DNA of 54,990 bases from Bacilli bacterium (GTDB lineage Bacteria > Bacillota_I > Bacilli_A > RFN20 > CAG-826), in contig JAFYAZ010000010.1 in assembly GCA_017540455.1 (NCBI GenBank), forward strand, positions 1 through 54,990, in the 5' to 3' direction. Below the pieces are notes generated by a model, which made no database searches, was not told where the DNA came from, and saw nothing but the letters and a program-made list of their open reading frames with translations. The translations under genes and the position numbers were made by a program. Positions 53,706-54,990 of this stretch are shown piece after piece. Each line of letters begins with the position of its first letter. Positions within the stretch are counted from its first letter, which is position 1.

Positions 53706-53983
53706 AATTCATCATTGATCTCCAATTATTCGCCTCCAAGAAAGGCGTTTCGAGCACCAAGAACGGCCGTGATTCCGCTGGCAGAAGACTTGGCGCTAAG
53801 GTCGGTGACGGTCAGCAGGTTCTTGCTGGCAATATCATCTATAGACAAAGAGGAACCCGTATCCATCCTGGCATCAACACCGCCAAAGGTGGCGACGATA
53901 CCATCTATGCCCTTATCGATGGCACCGTTAAGTTCGAACGCGTCGGCAAGAAGGGAAAGAGAGTTTCCGTCTACGCCAACTAA
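53702..53983 (+). CDS. rpmA: 50S ribosomal protein L27 with N-terminal propeptide
   Basis: [25 protein letters not shown]. The LQLFA|SKKG junction matches the Prp cleavage motif. ATGA overlap with prp. Confidence 0.97.
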   Translation: MKFIIDLQLFASKKGVSSTKNGRDSAGRRLGAKVGDGQQVLAGNIIYRQRGTRIHPGINTAKGGDDTIYALIDGTVKFERVGKKGKRVSVYAN

Positions 53984-54003
53984 TTCGGCAAACAATGAAC
54001 TTT

Positions 54004-54031
54004 AACGGGTCTTTCCATAAGGCCCGTTTTT
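54004..54031 (+). terminator. Rho-independent terminator after rpmA
   Basis: AACGGGTC / GGCCCGTT stem (one G-U pair), 9-nt loop, T5. Confidence 0.8.
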
Positions 54032-54068
54032 GTTTCAATAAAACAAAAAATCGTATAATATTAGAACA

Positions 54069-54830
54069 ATGAAACTCAGTATCGTCATCCCATGCAAAAG
54101 CCAGTCTGAAACCTGTTTCTCAAACATTCAGAAAATAGGCATCCCGTACTTCGATTCCTTAGGCATCGATTACGAGTTTTTGGTTGTCATCGACGGGAGC
54201 GACGAGAAGAACATCAGCCTCGCTGAGGCTTGGATCACCAAATTCGATCACCGCGTGAAGGTTCTTCCTTACGAAGACAAGCTCGGCAAAGGCCATAACG
54301 TCAAACACGGCTTCCTTGAGGCCGATGGCGATTACATCATGTTCATGGATGCCGATTTCGCGACCGACCTCCATATCATGGAAAGAATCCTTCCTGTCAT
54401 CGAAAAGCACGATGGATTCATCGCTTCTAGACGTTGTAAAGGCGCGAAGATCCTCGTGAAGCAGACCCTTAAGAGACGCTTCGTCAGCTGGGTCAGCCGC
54501 ATCCTTATCAGAATGCGTTTTCATCTTGGCTACTCCGAGACCCAGTGTGGTTTCAAGCTTTTCAGAAAGGATCTCGCAAAAGCTTTAGCGAAATATCAGA
54601 TCATCGATGGCTTTGCCTTCGATGTCGAATATCTCTATTTCTGCCATTTGAATGGTTTCGACATTCAGGAAGTTCCTTGCGAATGGAATGATGGCGAGAA
54701 ATCGACGATCGACAACGCTGCAAAGACCTCAATGAACTTTGTCGGCGATATGAAACGCATCAAGAAGAACAAAAAGAACTACATCCTTTCTTTAGAAGAA
54801 AAGGAATCATTGAAGAGGAAAGAGGCCTAA
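54069..54830 (+). CDS. GT2-family polyprenyl-phosphate glycosyltransferase (dolichyl-phosphate beta-glucosyltransferase/DPM1-like)
   Basis: [15 protein letters not shown], the DxD motif FMDADFATD, and ETQCGFKLF. Basic C-terminal tail. TATAAT at 54054..54059 lies 9 nt before the ATG, with no SD. Confidence 0.85.
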   Translation: MKLSIVIPCKSQSETCFSNIQKIGIPYFDSLGIDYEFLVVIDGSDEKNISLAEAWITKFDHRVKVLPYEDKLGKGHNVKHGFLEADGDYIMFMDADFATDLHIMERILPVIEKHDGFIASRRCKGAKILVKQTLKRRFVSWVSRILIRMRFHLGYSETQCGFKLFRKDLAKALAKYQIIDGFAFDVEYLYFCHLNGFDIQEVPCEWNDGEKSTIDNAAKTSMNFVGDMKRIKKNKKNYILSLEEKESLKRKEA

Positions 54831-54831
54831 T

Positions 54832-54990
54832 ATGCTTATCGACCGTTGTGTAATCGAAGTCAGAAGCGGAAAAGGCGGCGATGGCTGCATCTCTTTTCTT
54901 CGTGACAAAAACACCGCGAAAGGCGGGCCTGACGGAGGAAACGGAGGCCGTGGTGGCTCCATCTATTTCCTTGGAAAGGCTAACCTAAAC
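54832..54990 (+). CDS. obg: GTPase Obg/CgtA, N-terminal 53 aa (continues beyond window)
   Basis: [46 protein letters not shown] is the glycine-rich Obg fold. Confidence 0.93.
   Translation, partial: MLIDRCVIEVRSGKGGDGCISFLRDKNTAKGGPDGGNGGRGGSIYFLGKANLN

Noticed and set aside
1-54990. Alternative genetic code (UGA=Trp, as in Mycoplasma/Spiroplasma)
   Set aside because: All conserved genes are full-length under the standard code. Trp positions use TGG. TGA terminates at least the ygjP-like gene (15261), rsmH (22805), prp (53703) and the trmH-like gene (15982).
1-54990. CRISPR arrays, IS elements, prophage or defence systems (R-M, TA, CBASS, etc.)
   Set aside because: I found no spaced direct-repeat arrays, no terminal inverted repeats flanking a transposase-like ORF, and no nuclease/methylase/ATPase gene combinations typical of defence islands. 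The YgjP-like HExxH protein (14631..15263) is sometimes next to type I R-M genes, but it stands alone here.

Overview
This window looks like a core-genome segment, mostly on the + strand, from a reduced Bacillota/Mollicutes-like organism. It uses the standard genetic code: TGG encodes Trp, and TGA serves as a stop at 15261 and 22805. GC content is mid-range by eye (not computed), with a strong preference for NNC codons.

I can support about 50 CDS:
- Metabolism: adenine deaminase (partial), phosphoketolase, acetate kinase, NrnA, and glgB-glgP.
- Translation and tRNA: pheST, ileS and valS, each preceded by a T-box leader, plus the rplU-prp-rpmA operon and obg (partial).
- Division: a stripped-down cluster of mraZ-rsmH-small membrane protein-GT-C membrane protein-ftsA-ftsZ, with no mur/pbp/ftsW genes.
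- Other housekeeping: lspA, rluD, rnhC, mutS2, uvrC, tig, lon (with a CIRCE operator) and engB.
- Accessory-looking genes: a fused MacB-type ABC transporter, a GGDEF cyclase, flavodoxin, TetR, a HAD hydrolase, and two lipoproteins.

There is one tRNA-Arg(TCT). Many Rho-independent terminators are visible.

I found no CRISPR array, transposase, integrase, phage module or recognisable defence island. I found no convincing, completely novel multi-gene system. This is largely an ordinary housekeeping region.

The best leads are:
1. The wall-less-type division cluster, which carries a GT-C glycosyltransferase where the peptidoglycan genes normally sit.
2. A TudS/DUF523 desulfidase fused to a periodic, highly basic tail.
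3. Trigger factor with a histone-H1-like AKP tail encoded by a 12-nt tandem repeat.
4. A recurrent TATAAT-N6-ATG architecture that implies leaderless mRNAs.
5. A strongly SD-driven 60-aa membrane peptide between valS and rplU.
6. GTGGGAAA boxes at mraZ.

All functional calls come from motif recognition by eye. No searches were run.
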